Assembly: GCA_051294375.1 (NCBI GenBank) | Contig: CM119267.1 | Location: 22,197,486 to 22,261,485 of the forward strand | DNA length: 64,000 nucleotides | Source of the DNA: Paraspadella gotoi | Taxonomy: Eukaryota > Animalia > Chaetognatha | Direction: 5' to 3' | Part shown: piece after piece, positions 36,190 to 49,286 of the stretch | Position numbering within the stretch: position 1 is the stretch's first letter | Layout of the letters: each line of letters starts with the position of its first letter | Made by a program: the position numbers and the translations under genes | The notes under the pieces: model-generated | The model's database searches: none | Seen by the model: only the letters and a program-made list of their open reading frames with translations | Told to the model about the DNA's origin: nothing

Positions 36190-37986
36190 CTACACCTTTC
36201 CCGCGTAAACCATCTGGCCGAGTTTCTCCTCCTGAGTTTTTCTCATGTAGCTGGCTTTTCGTTTGCTCTTGTAGTCCTTCAAGAAGCGATCGAGGGGAAG
36301 GTCGCCCTCGAGGAACTCGTTGGCGATCGCCTCCGATTCCTCGTCCGCTTCCATCACCGCAATCTTCAACTTGTCCTGTTGGGAGGAGATGGTCATTGGT
36401 AAAGTCATTCAATGTGCATTCGGGCAGCGAATTTCCTCACAAAGCTACGAATTCATCAAGATACTAAAAATCCAAGAACGCAGTGTAAAATCGAGGTGGG
36501 TCCCCAATCACCTGAAGGTTCGCGGGACTTCGTTCGTGAATCTTTTCGGTTTGAAGTGAGAGTTTATCGTCTACTTTTGATTTTAACTCGAGGAGCTCGC
36601 GATGCTTGGATTTGAGACGCGACACCAACTCGTCAAGTTGCGGCCGACGTTCGAGATTCGCTTTCGCTATCAAATTAAAAAAACATGTTGAAAAAAAATA
36701 GGATTGCGAAATTCGTCGAAAAGACTCTTACCCAAATCCTCCGTCTGCTGCAAAATCTTGATGCGATTCGTCTCCAAGCACTTGATGTCTGGAAGTTCCA
36801 TTATGGCGGCATACAGGGAACCTTCGTTGTTGCTGTAAGCAAACCAAATACAATCGTTAGCAACTTTAACAAACACACAGAATTCTCAAGTGCGGTTCAC
36901 CTTAATTCTTGCAATTCCTCGATCGGCTTGTCCCGCAGACTGGGAATGACGCTAGGCACGGAGGGGAGGAGGCCGGGCGGCGGCGGGGTCGACGACGACG
37001 ACGACGACGGTGGGGGCGACGGTGAATGGTGAGGCCCCGTCATCGCCACCGCGAAGTGATTCTCGCTAAGGAATCCCATCGGGTGATTGACGGAAGGGTG
37101 AGCGGAAACGGCGGCGCCGACGGGGAGGTGAGCGGGAGAACGAGGGGCGGGATGTTGACTAGAGGCGACTAGAGTGGTGCCCATGGCCGTGGACGCCATG
37201 GTCGGGTAGGGCGGGTTCGTCAAGTGATCTACGGGGAGAGGGAGAGAGAAGACAACGGACTTCTAAAAAGTAAAAAAGTTTTTAGAGAGACTAACTTTAT
37301 TCACCCACCTGCGAATCCGTTGAGTGGTAGACCACCAGATCCCGCGGCGTGTGGCGGAACCGGCGGCGGCGTCGCCCGATGCTCGTCTGTTTGGGCCGCG
37401 TGAGGCGGCACCGCTGGCGGTACAGACACCGGTTGAGGCGGGCGGGTCTGGAACTCGTCGACGACTTCGCGAACTGCCCGACTCAGGTCCGAATGAACAG
37501 TAAAAGAGTTGAATGCGGGCGAACCCGTCACCTGCAGAGAGACAGGGTCCACCCAGGCGTGAAGTACGGCGGGCGAGACCGTTACTCTGCGGGAGGAAGA
37601 AATGAGGTAAGGAAAGTGTTTAAACTAATTTGCATATAACAGCAGCAGGCGGCCAAAGATTAGGTGTAAATTTAATAATCTCACTATTATAGAGTTTTAC
37701 CCCCGTTCTGAGAGGGTTGTCAAAAACTGCTTTTTTTAACGAGCGCAAACCCTTTTTCCTAGCACCTTGGTTTGTCTTGTGGAAAATTGGCGGGCAAAAC
37801 GAGCTGCAGGGTGATATGAAGACCGTTGGCGCAGGGAATTGTGAGACGATATTCGCTGTCTCGTCTTATCTCCCTCACGCTCCTGTTTAACTGCTTCAAA
37901 GTTTCGATCTGCTTCGATCTCTGCTGCTGCAATAGAGTCTGTGGTTGAGGACAATTCGTTTTACGTCCGAAGCCGAACCAATCCAT
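36190..37986 (-). CDS. VPS37A: ESCRT-I subunit VPS37A
   Basis: UEV-like N-terminus (RSKQIETLK..DSEYR..LPANFPQDKP..HAWVD) and Mod(r) C-terminus (EADEESEAIANEFLEGDLPLDRFLKDY). Confidence 0.92.
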
Positions 37987-38987
37987 CACTGCCGGGCGAG
38001 AGGCGGGGGGGGAGGGAATGAGAGATTTGAAGACTCAAGAACCAGGATAGTCACTTGACAAACCTTCAAGCGGAAATATCCTCAACTCCGTTCATCTCGA
38101 AGTTCGTTTTGGCTTGAAAGGTCGAAGATAAAGATTTTCTAATTTTAAAAGTTGTCGCGTTTTATTCCGTAATAAATTCTATTAAAAAGAAAAAAAAACC
38201 GTTGACAAGAGCAGTTAAATATATGGATAATAAACGGTCACTGTCAGTGAGGAGACAAAAAAAATCACACCAATGATTGGTAAGGATCAATAGTTGAAAA
38301 AAAAAAAGATCTGTAAAAAAAATTAAGACGCACAACTCCTATTGCTCATGGTCAACGATAAAATTATAAATTCCATCACGATCCACGCGAAGGGTAAGAA
38401 ATAGTTCAAGAAAGGAAATAATATGAAAAAAAAACAGCAGCTTTAAAATTAACTCATAATACACTGTACTAATCAATTAATACACGTAGATAACCATAAT
38501 AAAAAACTCGCTCTTTTGAGCAAAGCCCAAATAACTCTTATTCACGGTCCGGGCAAGCATTGCACCGAGATCTTTCCGTTCTAGGTTTGAGTGAGAAAAG
38601 GTATTTCACTGAAATGCAGCTGTGTAGCGTTTGTGCTTCAGACGCTTCGCAAGAGATGGATGAATACTCGGGCATAAAATTATATCTAGCTGCATGTTTC
38701 GCAACAAAGGCGAACGAAGGGCGAGTAATAAAATGAGAGAGTAACCATATTCGTTTATTCATATCGTGACGAATCTATTTCTTAAGCGTCGATTGATTCT
38801 ATAAATATATATAAATGTAGACTAGCGAAACTCATGGCACGACCCTGTTATTTATGCTAAAACACATTCGGCGGGGCTTTCGTGGTTGGCTTGAGTCATG
38901 GAACGGATTTCCAGTTTGTGATTTTACGAGTCTTAGCTGTTCGCAGGGTTGTCCAAAAAAAAAAAAATTAAATTGAAAATTTCGGCG

Positions 38988-41900
38988 TCATTGGCGCGGC
39001 GAATGAGGTGCGGCGTTTTTCCCGCTCAGGATGAAAGGCCCCGATTTGGCCGAGTCCTGGGTCTCGCAGGATTCGGTGGGAGACTCGGCGAGCGAGCGGA
39101 GCCAGGCGTCGACTCCCTCGTCAGGCTTGACGTCTCGTCGACGTCGGCGACTTCCGACGCTGTCGTGGAGAATCCTCAGGGATTCCTGCATCTGACTCAT
39201 GGCGTCCATCGTGGCGTCGAGCACGCGGTGCCACTTGTCCAGTTCGGTCTCGTGAAGGATCTTTTAGAAGAGAGAAGGAAAAAAGGAAATCATAATGAAA
39301 TAAGAAAAAATAAAGAAATGAATCCAGACTTCTCCAGACCTGTTGTTTCCGCAAAATTCGCAACCATTCCTCGGTGGATTTTTCCACGGTTTTTTGGCCG
39401 CTCATTCCGTCCATCATTCGCTTGACGTCGTCGTGAATGTCGAACGCGTCGAAACCTTTCGGTTCCTATTTACAATTCGTTTCTTTATTCAACAAAATCA
39501 AAGTTGCCTCCTCAGAACTTGAAATGAAAAGCCAAAAGACAACTGCAAACGAAGACTCTCAACCTCTCTCTCTCTCTCTGGCCTCACTTGTCTGTTCTCC
39601 AAATCCTTCACTTTGAAAAAGAGGACGGCGTTGAAAAACAAGAGCAGCGCGAAGGTGAAGACGAGGATCTTGAGACAAGTCCAGACGCCCTCCGCCGCGC
39701 CCTCCGTCGACGAAGAATCCGGCGCCAGCGACGAGGCGATGGAGAGGCGTCGCCCGATCGGCGGCAGGCCGTGACTTTCCGTTCCTTACGGGGCCGATGG
39801 GGGGGGGATGAAGATTGGGTCGATAGAGGACGGAATGGGGCAAACGGCGAAGAATGGTGCGAGATTAGAGGAAAATGACAATTGTGAATGGTTAAAACAA
39901 AGGCAAACGACCTTGAATTTTTTTTGGTAAAACATAATTACGTAGAGCATAGGCTAATTGCGATAGAGTATTTTTTTTAGAGTAACTAAAAAGATTCTTC
40001 TACGTACGTATTAGGAAAAAACCTTTTTTTTTTCTTTAAAATATAAAAAGCCCTGACCTGTTCGTATAATGACCGCAATCGCAATTAATTCTTTTTGTAA
40101 TGAAAAAGTATTTAAAAAAATGATACATGCTACGTTTAACGACTGATTAAATCACACGGGTTCACTTCGCCACGAAATAGACATGTTTTACTAATTTGTT
40201 TTTTTCTTTTTTGGTTGAAAATAAAACAAACAGAAACCTTTTCAAAGTTGATCGCAAAGAAAAAGAGGGGAAAAAAATTGACAGGTGTGGAAATCATAGA
40301 GAGAGAGATGAGAGGTACTAGGAAAGAAAACTATGTAGAGGAACTGGAAAACAAGACTGAGAATATAGTAAAATAGAGGGAGAATGGGAGATGCGTCACT
40401 AAATTCATCATCAAAGGATCGAAGTTCGGCGAAAGTCGGATGACAGTTCGTCTTCTTCGGTGACATCGAGATTTAGAAAACAAAGAAGCCGTGAAATGAA
40501 ACGCGACAGAAAATAAATTTGTTTTTAGAGAGAAGCACCCGGATGTCGATCTTCATTCCTCCCCCGCGTCGTTTCTCCAAAATTACTCCGTCTCCACTCA
40601 CCCAAGTCGTTTCTAACGGCGCTCTCCGCCTCCAGCGTCTCCACGGCTCCGCTGCCGCCGTCGCACATCGAGTCGCGCGAACTTCGAGGCTTCAGACGAC
40701 GCGTCCGTCGCTTCGCCTGAGGGTTCGTTTTCTTGGAGGAAAAACGGGAGGGAGAATGAGAGAGTAAAATAATAAAATAATAAAAAAGTAAAAATAATAA
40801 ATTAAAGGGCGTTACGACTAAAAATAAATAAAAATAGTACCCGTTTGTTAAGCAAAAATACAAATTCCGCGACCCATTATTAAATGAAAGAAAGAAAACC
40901 GTCAGACTCACCGGATCTTGATTGGTCGCTTTCTCTTTCCCGGCTTCCCGCAATCGGAACAATCTGCTGCTCTCCTTGACCAGTTCAGAACCTGAAGATG
41001 GATCCATAGCTTACCATTTGATCAGGTTGATTGGATAAGTAAGATATCTAAGCGATTGCTGCGCAGTCTCACCCAAAAGCGTGAAGTGATCGTTGAGGCC
41101 TTGAACCGAGTTTTTCTCTATCATATTCTTGACCAAACCCCAGACAGATTTGGTGTAACGGATTTCCGCCGTGACGCGGATCCGGGATTGACGCTTCGAG
41201 ACGCGCGTCAGGCAATAACTTAAAGCGAATAAATAACACATTCATCATAGGGTACATTTAAAAATAATAATAGGGGAAATAATTACCGGCTGTTGATGAA
41301 AAAATTATCTCCGTACGGAATTCCAGTGTTCTTAACGTCGGTGTCGATGACGTAGATGTCGCCGGGAACGCTGTAGCCGTGAACGCTTTGCGTCTCTGCC
41401 GTAAATTCAGTTTATGTGTATTCTACTTGTAAAAGTTTAGGAACCGATGAACTCGATAAAACCCTAAATGTCGAACCAGCATATTTTAAACTTCACCCTT
41501 CTAAACCAATAGAGATAAGGCGACAAGTAAAACATTAAACCAATGCGCACCGGTGACGTTAGCCGTTTTGGGTCCGATCGTGGGTTTCAGGTGGACGACG
41601 TACTTGAGCATCCGTTTTCGAGTTCCTCCCGACATCGCAACTGCGGCCGGAGACGGGGCGTGGACGCCAGGAGACGGCGCACCTTCCACAGTCCAAGGGC
41701 TCGATGAGTAATCTGAGAAGTTGAGAAAATTTTAAGGCATTAGAGTATCAAAAAGTATTAAGTAAGAATACATAAATTTGTAGAGATAAAAATAACTGAG
41801 GGAACAAATGATTCCATCTTAAAATTCCAAAAACCCTACCAGTTCTCTTAGATGCGACGACAAACTCCCGGTTCCAAGTGTTGTCTGTAAAGAGCAGATT

Positions 41901-44656
41901 GTGCAGCCGGTCGACGCTCATATCGACGACCTTGTTGAGCACAAGCACGGGCAGGTGCGAAGTGCAAGGGCAGAAGGATTCGGGCCGGTCGTGGTCGCCC
42001 TCGCCCTCGTCGCCCGTTGTCTCGTCAGTGTAGAGAGAGGTGTGGTGGTGTCCGCCGTGCGCCGCCTCGGCTCTTGTGCGAGGCCCGTGCTGAGGTGATC
42101 CGCGCTTGGCAGCGAGGTGTGCCGCCGATTGGCCCTTGGGAGTAGTGGTAGATGTAGCATTGGCGGAGGGAGCGTCGCGGTCATGAGACGCCCGCTCGAC
42201 GCTCCCTCGCTCTTCCGTTTCGTGTCTCGAACTCCGCTCGATTGAAAGGGACGCTGGTGGTGGAGCCTGTCTCTTTTGTCCGGAGGAGCTGAGGGATTGG
42301 TTGCGACTTCGCGGCGCGGCGCCCTTGGCCGGGGCAGGGGCGGCCGCAACTGCCCCGTCGCTCGAGTATCGGCCTCCCCTCGACTCACGCCTCGCCGTTT
42401 CCGGCTCCGACATTGTTGCCAGCGACTTCGGCACCGTCGTCGATCGGCTCCCAAGGCCGACGGAGGCGCCTCGCTCGCCGCCTCCGTCCGTGTCGCTGTT
42501 GCTGCGTGTTCCGGGACCGGCCCGGGTTTTGTAGCGGCGCGGCGGACGCTCGGGCGGTCCGGCGTCACTGCGGGATCCGCTCACGGGGGGCGGATTCCTG
42601 GCGCTGGCGCTGGCGCTGGCGCTGCCGCCGACGCGGCCGACGCCGCGGCCCTCTTCGTCCATCTCGCTGGTGCTGAGTCCGCTGTACGACAAATCGTGCT
42701 GATTCATTGCGTCGACGGCTTTTTCCACGGGCGCCGCGGAGAAGGCGTCGGCGCCAATAGAGATCCGCTTTTTGACGTCCTCGTCGGTCACCGACTCGGA
42801 GAAGGAGAGGGACGAGGCCAGGCTGCGGCGCTCGTACGATCCGCCGAGAAAAGCCGAGTTGGTGGAGAGCTTCTTGCGCGCTCCGCTTCCGCCGCTGCCG
42901 CCGCTACCGCGGCCGACCCCCGGCTGCATGTAGTCGGAATCCTCGGCGGTGAGTCCCAGCTCTTCACCGTAACAAAAGTGGACCCACTGCCAAAGTTCCT
43001 GCATGGACATGGGCTGGTCGAGCAGGGCGTTCTGCCAGACGCGAAACAGCATCAGGTAGGACTTGTCGCGGCCGCTGAAGGACGTGAAAAAGTGCTTCTC
43101 TTGCTTAGCGCCATTGGAGGATGAGCCGGAGCTGGGCGGGAGGGAGACGATCTGGATAGCGTTGGGGATTACCCTTGGGGTTGGGAGAGGATGTACGATT
43201 GTACGTGAAGAAAAAAAATTAAATACAAATTATCATAGTGAAAATTATTGTTGAAAAATACGTAAACAAAATCTATTCACAGTGAACACGAATTTGCTAG
43301 ACAGTTTTTACACTTAAAAAAGTAAAAAACCATTACGACTGTATACCTTTTGGCTCTCGCGTGCATCTTTGCAACAACCGGAATCTTTACGTTCGTCCTG
43401 TGGATGTACACATGACTCATTCTAGTAAGCCACTCCCGTGTCCAACCCAACCTTACCTGGCCGTCTTCTCTTTGGTCATGGCGCTAATGTCCTTGCAGGC
43501 AATCGACACTTGAGTGACCCAGCCCATGATTTTGGCGTAGAAGCAGATGCGGTTCTGTGACACGTAGAGTCTTCCGTGAACGAGGATATCGCGTTGAAGG
43601 GCGCAAGAATAGTCGACGATGAGCCTCTCGTCCGGCTGCATGCCAGAACCAAAGAGGCGGACGAACTCTTCCGATCGCGTCTTGTAGGTGGGCGTGAGGG
43701 CAGAGTACCTGATGAGAGGGGAAACTTGATAACCGTGTCATTCGACTCGAGACTAACTACGTAACTACATACATAATAATTAAACTAGCTAATAACTAGA
43801 AAGAAAAAATCAGTCATACGTACCATGATTTTTTTGACTTGGACAAGTGTCCGTTATTGAGCGACGCAGAGAAGCCGCTCGAGTTCCTGGCGGGAGTTGA
43901 GCCGCCAGTTGGGAGGCTGGCGGCGAGGTGAGCGGGCTGGCCATGGCTGGATCCTGACGTGGTGTCTGTGCCATCTAGTTCCGAGTTCGTCGTCGGCTGC
44001 GCGGATCGCAAGGGCGAACCCGACGACCTCCGCTTCAAAGTCTCCTCTACTTTTCCGTCGACGCGTTCGGCCGCGACCTCTTCCGAGGTTCCGTCGGATC
44101 TCTTTGCCCCTAAGGCCGGGACGAGGCTGTCCTCGGGTGAAGACTCCACCCGCTCGGGGATGACCTCTTCGTCCGGGATAAAGAAAGCGGTGGCAGAAGG
44201 AGCGGCGGATGGAGCTACAACGGGGAACTCGTCGACCGGGACGCGAAGGGCCGTCGACGAGTTCGAATGAGGCAACCCCATAGGACCCGATCCCTCGGGG
44301 CTCGACGTCCTAGTTTGGAAACCTGGCGACGAGGCCGTCCGACGATCAACTCGGGAGGCGAGGACGCTGGGAGCGCGGAAGGCGTCACGGTCGGACGAGA
44401 GGGGTGAGGATCTCCTCTCGGGGCTTCGTGCGCCCGCGGGTGAACCCGAAGAGACATCGTTCGAGCTGCGGTCGTCACCGCGATTCGATTTTGGATCAGG
44501 AGTACGAAGGTTGTTATTGTTGTGGGAAACGAAGCCGACGTGAGCGGCGACGGACCGGGACCCGGAACTGGCGTCGAGGAAACCAGAGAGACTTGGGGAA
44601 TCTGCGACGGTGCGATTGTCGACAACGGCTGAGTCGCGGGAAGAGCGAATCTCCAT
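38988..44656 (-). CDS. GRAMD1: GRAM/VASt domain sterol transporter (Aster)
   Basis: DYSCALQRDILVHGRLYVSQNRICFY, KEKTAR, LFRVWQNALL..LWQWVH..YG, VASt motifs (GIPYGDNF, KSVWGLVKNMIEKN) and a TM plus coiled-coil tail. Confidence 0.93.
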
Positions 44657-45589
44657 TACTCGCGAGCGACGGAGATATTGAAAGAGAACGAGAGAGGGAA
44701 GAGGAGAAAGGAGGAATGAAAGGCACTGCCAAGAAAAAAACGAGGAGCTGCGCTAGAATAAGAGGTTCCAGTGAAAGACATTTCTTGGAGTTCAATATTT
44801 GGGTCTGAGCTTGCTTAGGAAGTCGGCATCACAGCGATTTTGTTCCGAAAACGGCGGGAGTAGTAGAAGCTGGTTTAATAATTTACTTTTGGCACAATTC
44901 GTAGGGAATGTAAGAATCGTTTAATGGTAACGTTTCTTTCCGTCATGGAACTTATGCTAGTTGGACAGAGTATTACGCTTTTTTTAGTTTTCTTTCCTAA
45001 GGGGAATCTCTAGATTTGTTTCACGTGGCTATTTGTGGGTTCTACAAGCGTGCGTTTCAGTTTTATTTTGTTTATGTTTTCTTTACAAGGTTTGGTGCAC
45101 GGCGTTCAAAATGAGCATTTTTTAAAGGACATCTACACAAATTGACATCACAGACCTAAAACTTTCACGAGAATTAATTAGAACACAAAATTCTGTTTAA
45201 TTCTTGTCATGTATTTAATTAACTTGGCCAAAAAAATCAACAAAATGTTAACAATAAAACGAATTCGAAAAATAAAAAAAATAGCTTTAGATCACAGGAA
45301 AAAAAATTTTCGGGTACTGCAGTCGCTTACCGTTGAATAGTTGCCGTCAATAAATGTAACAATACTAACATGACGAGATTTGTTCACCACGTAATACGGA
45401 TATAAAAAAAAGCAAAAGACTGGAAGCTTTCGTCTCTGGATAATACGGCGCGATAAAAATATTAACCGCTACCATAGCGTCATATAGAAAATACCATTGC
45501 TCTTCCTTCGGATATCTAAGACCTTGCAACCCCGTTGATTTGAATAACAAAAAGTAAGTTTCGCCGAACCGATTCTTTGGAATCAGCAA

Positions 45590-47725
45590 TCAGCATTTAC
45601 ACTTGATCAAGTGACGAGCCGCATTGACGACGCACTTGGCGCTGATGCCGAACATTTCGAGCAACTCCGCCGAGGGTCCCGACCGTGGGATGCCCGTAAC
45701 AGCGAGTTTTTTCATCATGATCTTGTCGCCACCGGCCTCAGCGATGACGGAAGCGACGGCGTCTCCAAGTCCGCCGCTAGGATAGTGGTCTTCGACGGTG
45801 ATGACACGACCGCCAACTTGGCGGGCGTGATGCAGCAGCAGCTCTGAGTCGAGCGGTTGGATGGTGAAGGCGTCCATCACTCGAACCCCCACGCCCTCTT
45901 CTGCGAGAGCGGCAGAAGCTTTAAGGGCCTCATAGAGGGTCACGCCAGCGCCGACGACGAGCACCTTATGACATATTCAAAATATTTTTTTTCCATTTTA
46001 TTGATAATCTTTAAAGAACAACAAAAGAAATAAGCCCACCTTGTCGTCTTTCCCTTCCTTAACGATCTTCCCTTTGCCGACGCGGAATTCCTCGTCATTA
46101 TCGTAGATGACCGCCGTCGCCGGTCTCGACGTCCTGATGAAGCAAATGCCCTTGGTGTTTGCGGCGAGCTCGACGGCGCGCTCGCAAGCCACCGCGTCTG
46201 AAGGGTAAAAGACGGTTGCGCCGGGGACGGCCCGGAACATGGCCAGGTCCTCGAGCGCCATTTGGGAGGGACCGTCTTCCCCGATGCTCACGCCGGCGTG
46301 CGACCCCACGAAGTTGCAATTGGTCATGGAAATGGCGCCCATTCGCACTTGGTCGAAGGCGCGAGTGAAGAAGGCGGCAAAGGTAGAGACGAAGGCGACG
46401 GTGCGGTCGCGCGAGCAGGCGCCAATCGCCACGCTCACCAAATTCTGCTCGGCGATGAAGCACTCGATGAAGCGCTCGGGAAACGCCTCTCGGAATTTGA
46501 TGGAGAACGTGGAATTCTTGGTGTCGCCGTCGAGCGCGATGACGCGATCGTAGGCCTCGCCCAACTTCTGCAACCCGGTGCCATAAGCAGCTCGGGTGGC
46601 CACTTTATCGCCGATTTTGTATCCTGGCGCATCGCTGAGTTTGCGGGGAGGGTGGGGCGGCATGCCTTCGAGGACCTCTAAAACATTCTCCGGCATCCGG
46701 GGCTTAGTAGGGCCTGGCAGGAGGTTTTTGATGTTGGCGCGAATTTGTTCGATGACGGCCTGCGCCTTGTCGCCAAGGGGCTTTCCGTGCCAGTTATCCT
46801 GGTCTGCTATCCCCTCGATCCCTTGGCCCTTGAAGGTCTTGGCAATGATGCAGGTTGGTTGACCCTTCGTCTCCTCGGCGACCGCGAAGGCCTTGCAAAG
46901 GGCCTCGACGTCGTGACCGTCAACGACGATAGCGTTCCATCCAAACGCCTTTACGCGAGCTTCATAAATGTCCATATTATGCTGCAGAGGCGCCGCCTCG
47001 CTCTGACCCAGACGGTTCACGTCCAGAATCGCCACCAGATTATCCAAGTTGTTTTGGGAGGCGAAGGCCATGCCTTCCCAGATGGAGCCCTCGCTGCTTT
47101 CTCCGTCGCCGATGAGGCAGTAAACGCGGTAGTCCGCACAATCTATGTTCTTGCCGACCCAGGCCATTCCGGCCGCGGCGGAGAGGCCCTGTAATAATGT
47201 ACTTTAAATTTAATACCTTTGCTCTATCTCTCATCAATAAACTTAGACGATCAGCAAAGATCACCTGCCCCAATGATCCTGTGGCGACATCGACAAACGG
47301 CAGCCTTGGCGTTGGATGCCCCTCCAGGTCCGAGTCGATCTTCCTCAGGGACATCAACTCGTCGTGGGTGTAGAGGCCAGCCTCGGTCCACGCAGCGTAG
47401 AGGATCGGCGCCGCGTGGCCCTTCGACATGACGAAGCGGTCCGAAGCCGGATCGCGAGGGTCCGACACCTGGACAGAGAGAGAGAATTAAAATGCTCGCT
47501 TACAAGATAATTAAGCGTAAATATAAAATCAACAATTTGCAAAATCCCCACCTTTATGCGCATGGCGTTAAAGAAAAGAACCGACATTATCTCGGCGGCG
47601 CTGCAGCACGAGGTTGGGTGACCGGAGTTGCTCGCGTTGGTCGCCTCGATGCTGTAGATGCGCAGTTTATTGGCCACATCTTGAAGCTTTTGGATTTCCC
47701 TGGCGTTTGGCTTGTGGATCGACAT
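45590..47725 (-). CDS. TKT: Transketolase (animal type)
   Basis: [44 protein letters not shown] and TVEDHY. Confidence 0.98.
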
Positions 47726-49286
47726 TGTCTCGGCGGAGGTGAATCGGGAGACGAACGGTGGTGCAAAGAAAAAAGTCCGTTTGTCAAAAAAACTAAACTG
47801 ACCTGGAAAAAAATAGAGCGAGGCGGGAGGAAGAGTAAAGAACGAGGAATTGTTTGCTTGCGATAGAAAGTTGTTCCCTACATAAATTTTTCAGTAATTT
47901 TTCCTCTTCGGTTTTTTTTGTAAATACTTTGTTCAAGTGATGCACATTAAACAACGAGGTGCAATTTACGCTCCTTGGGCTCAGATTATAGCCCACGAAG
48001 AATAACAAAGAAAACGCATGCATTGATATTGCATCGCGCGTTTAACATTTAACTTATGAGTAAAAATAGTATACGATTACATACAAATAAAATGCAGCTT
48101 GATAATCTTATTAAAAGCGCCTAGTCTTTTCATGGTTTTTGTATGACAAAAAAGGAAGACAAGCCTCTACATATCACATTAAAAATATTTCTATGCCTGG
48201 AAAAAACTCGGTAAAAAATTGACATTACAAACATTTGAAAAATGGACTGGTAGGTTTTTTTCACTAGATTAATCGTGAAAGTCAAGCTATTTATTCTCTT
48301 TAGTACATGTATATTACATCAAAATGTATGTCTGAAACCATAACCTAATTAATAGTAATTATGCATATTGGGTCATTAAAAAACGTGCAAAAGATTTTAT
48401 CTAAAGGATGGAAGTCGTAAATGAAGTAAAAAGCAAATCAGCATAATCAAGGCCTTTTTCAGTCACACGATTAAGACAAATAGTAAACATTAAAAAAGAT
48501 CATGATTAGGAGGCATAAAGCAGCTGGAGATTCAAGAAACTGACAAAATTGTCAAAAAATTGAGTAATTGTCATCTCAGACAGTATTAACAATTGAAGGT
48601 AGAAAAGCAGAATTATAAAAATTTTATTTATAAAATCAGGAAATATAGAATCCAAATCAAAATCAAAATGATCCCGGCCACCAAAATAATAACGAAAACA
48701 GGTTTTTAGAGCCCGAAGGAGGCGAAATATCAATATTGTTGAGAGCAAATTAATAACTGGTTTGATTTTGAGCAAGTGGCAAAGAAAAACGTTACACGTT
48801 AAAGTTATTAGTGGAGACCTATAATAAATACTTAACTAATCAATGTAACGCGAATTGTTATATATAGTTTTAAACTGGCACAACAATATATATAATTTAT
48901 ATATTTATCATAAAGGTCTTTCTTAGTCCAGAAATACTGAATAGATAATTGAAAGTCAAAGAACAGGAGTAAAAGAAATTAAAAATACTAATAAAGGAAA
49001 TAAAGGACAAAAGAAATCATTCGATAAATAAACGAAGAAAAAAAAGCCACCGATGAAAAAAGCGTAAGAAGCGTAAAATTACAACCTGCAGCCCAAAAAA
49101 CACGGAAAGCCGTTTAATTGTTTATCTAATATCGTCCATAATACTTTTGAAACTAATCGTAATAATACAGAAAAAGCCAAAAAAATCAGAGGATAAATAT
49201 AATAATGCATTCCTTTTTAACTGAGACTTTTAAAGGCGGTAGAAGGCAAAAAAAACAAAACAAAAAAAACTACCCTACATATTTAT

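Noticed and set aside
26864-43124. Other long plus-strand ORFs (26864..27691, 28626..29243, 42276..43124)
   Set aside because: All overlap well-supported minus-strand exons and are low complexity
43709-43730. CTGATGAGAGGGGAAAC, hammerhead-like
   Set aside because: No stem II. It is the reverse complement of a GRAMD1 splice acceptor (TTTCCCCTCTCATCAG)
48500-48800. Possible transposase fragment on the plus strand
   Set aside because: Interrupted frames with no diagnostic motif or termini that I can verify
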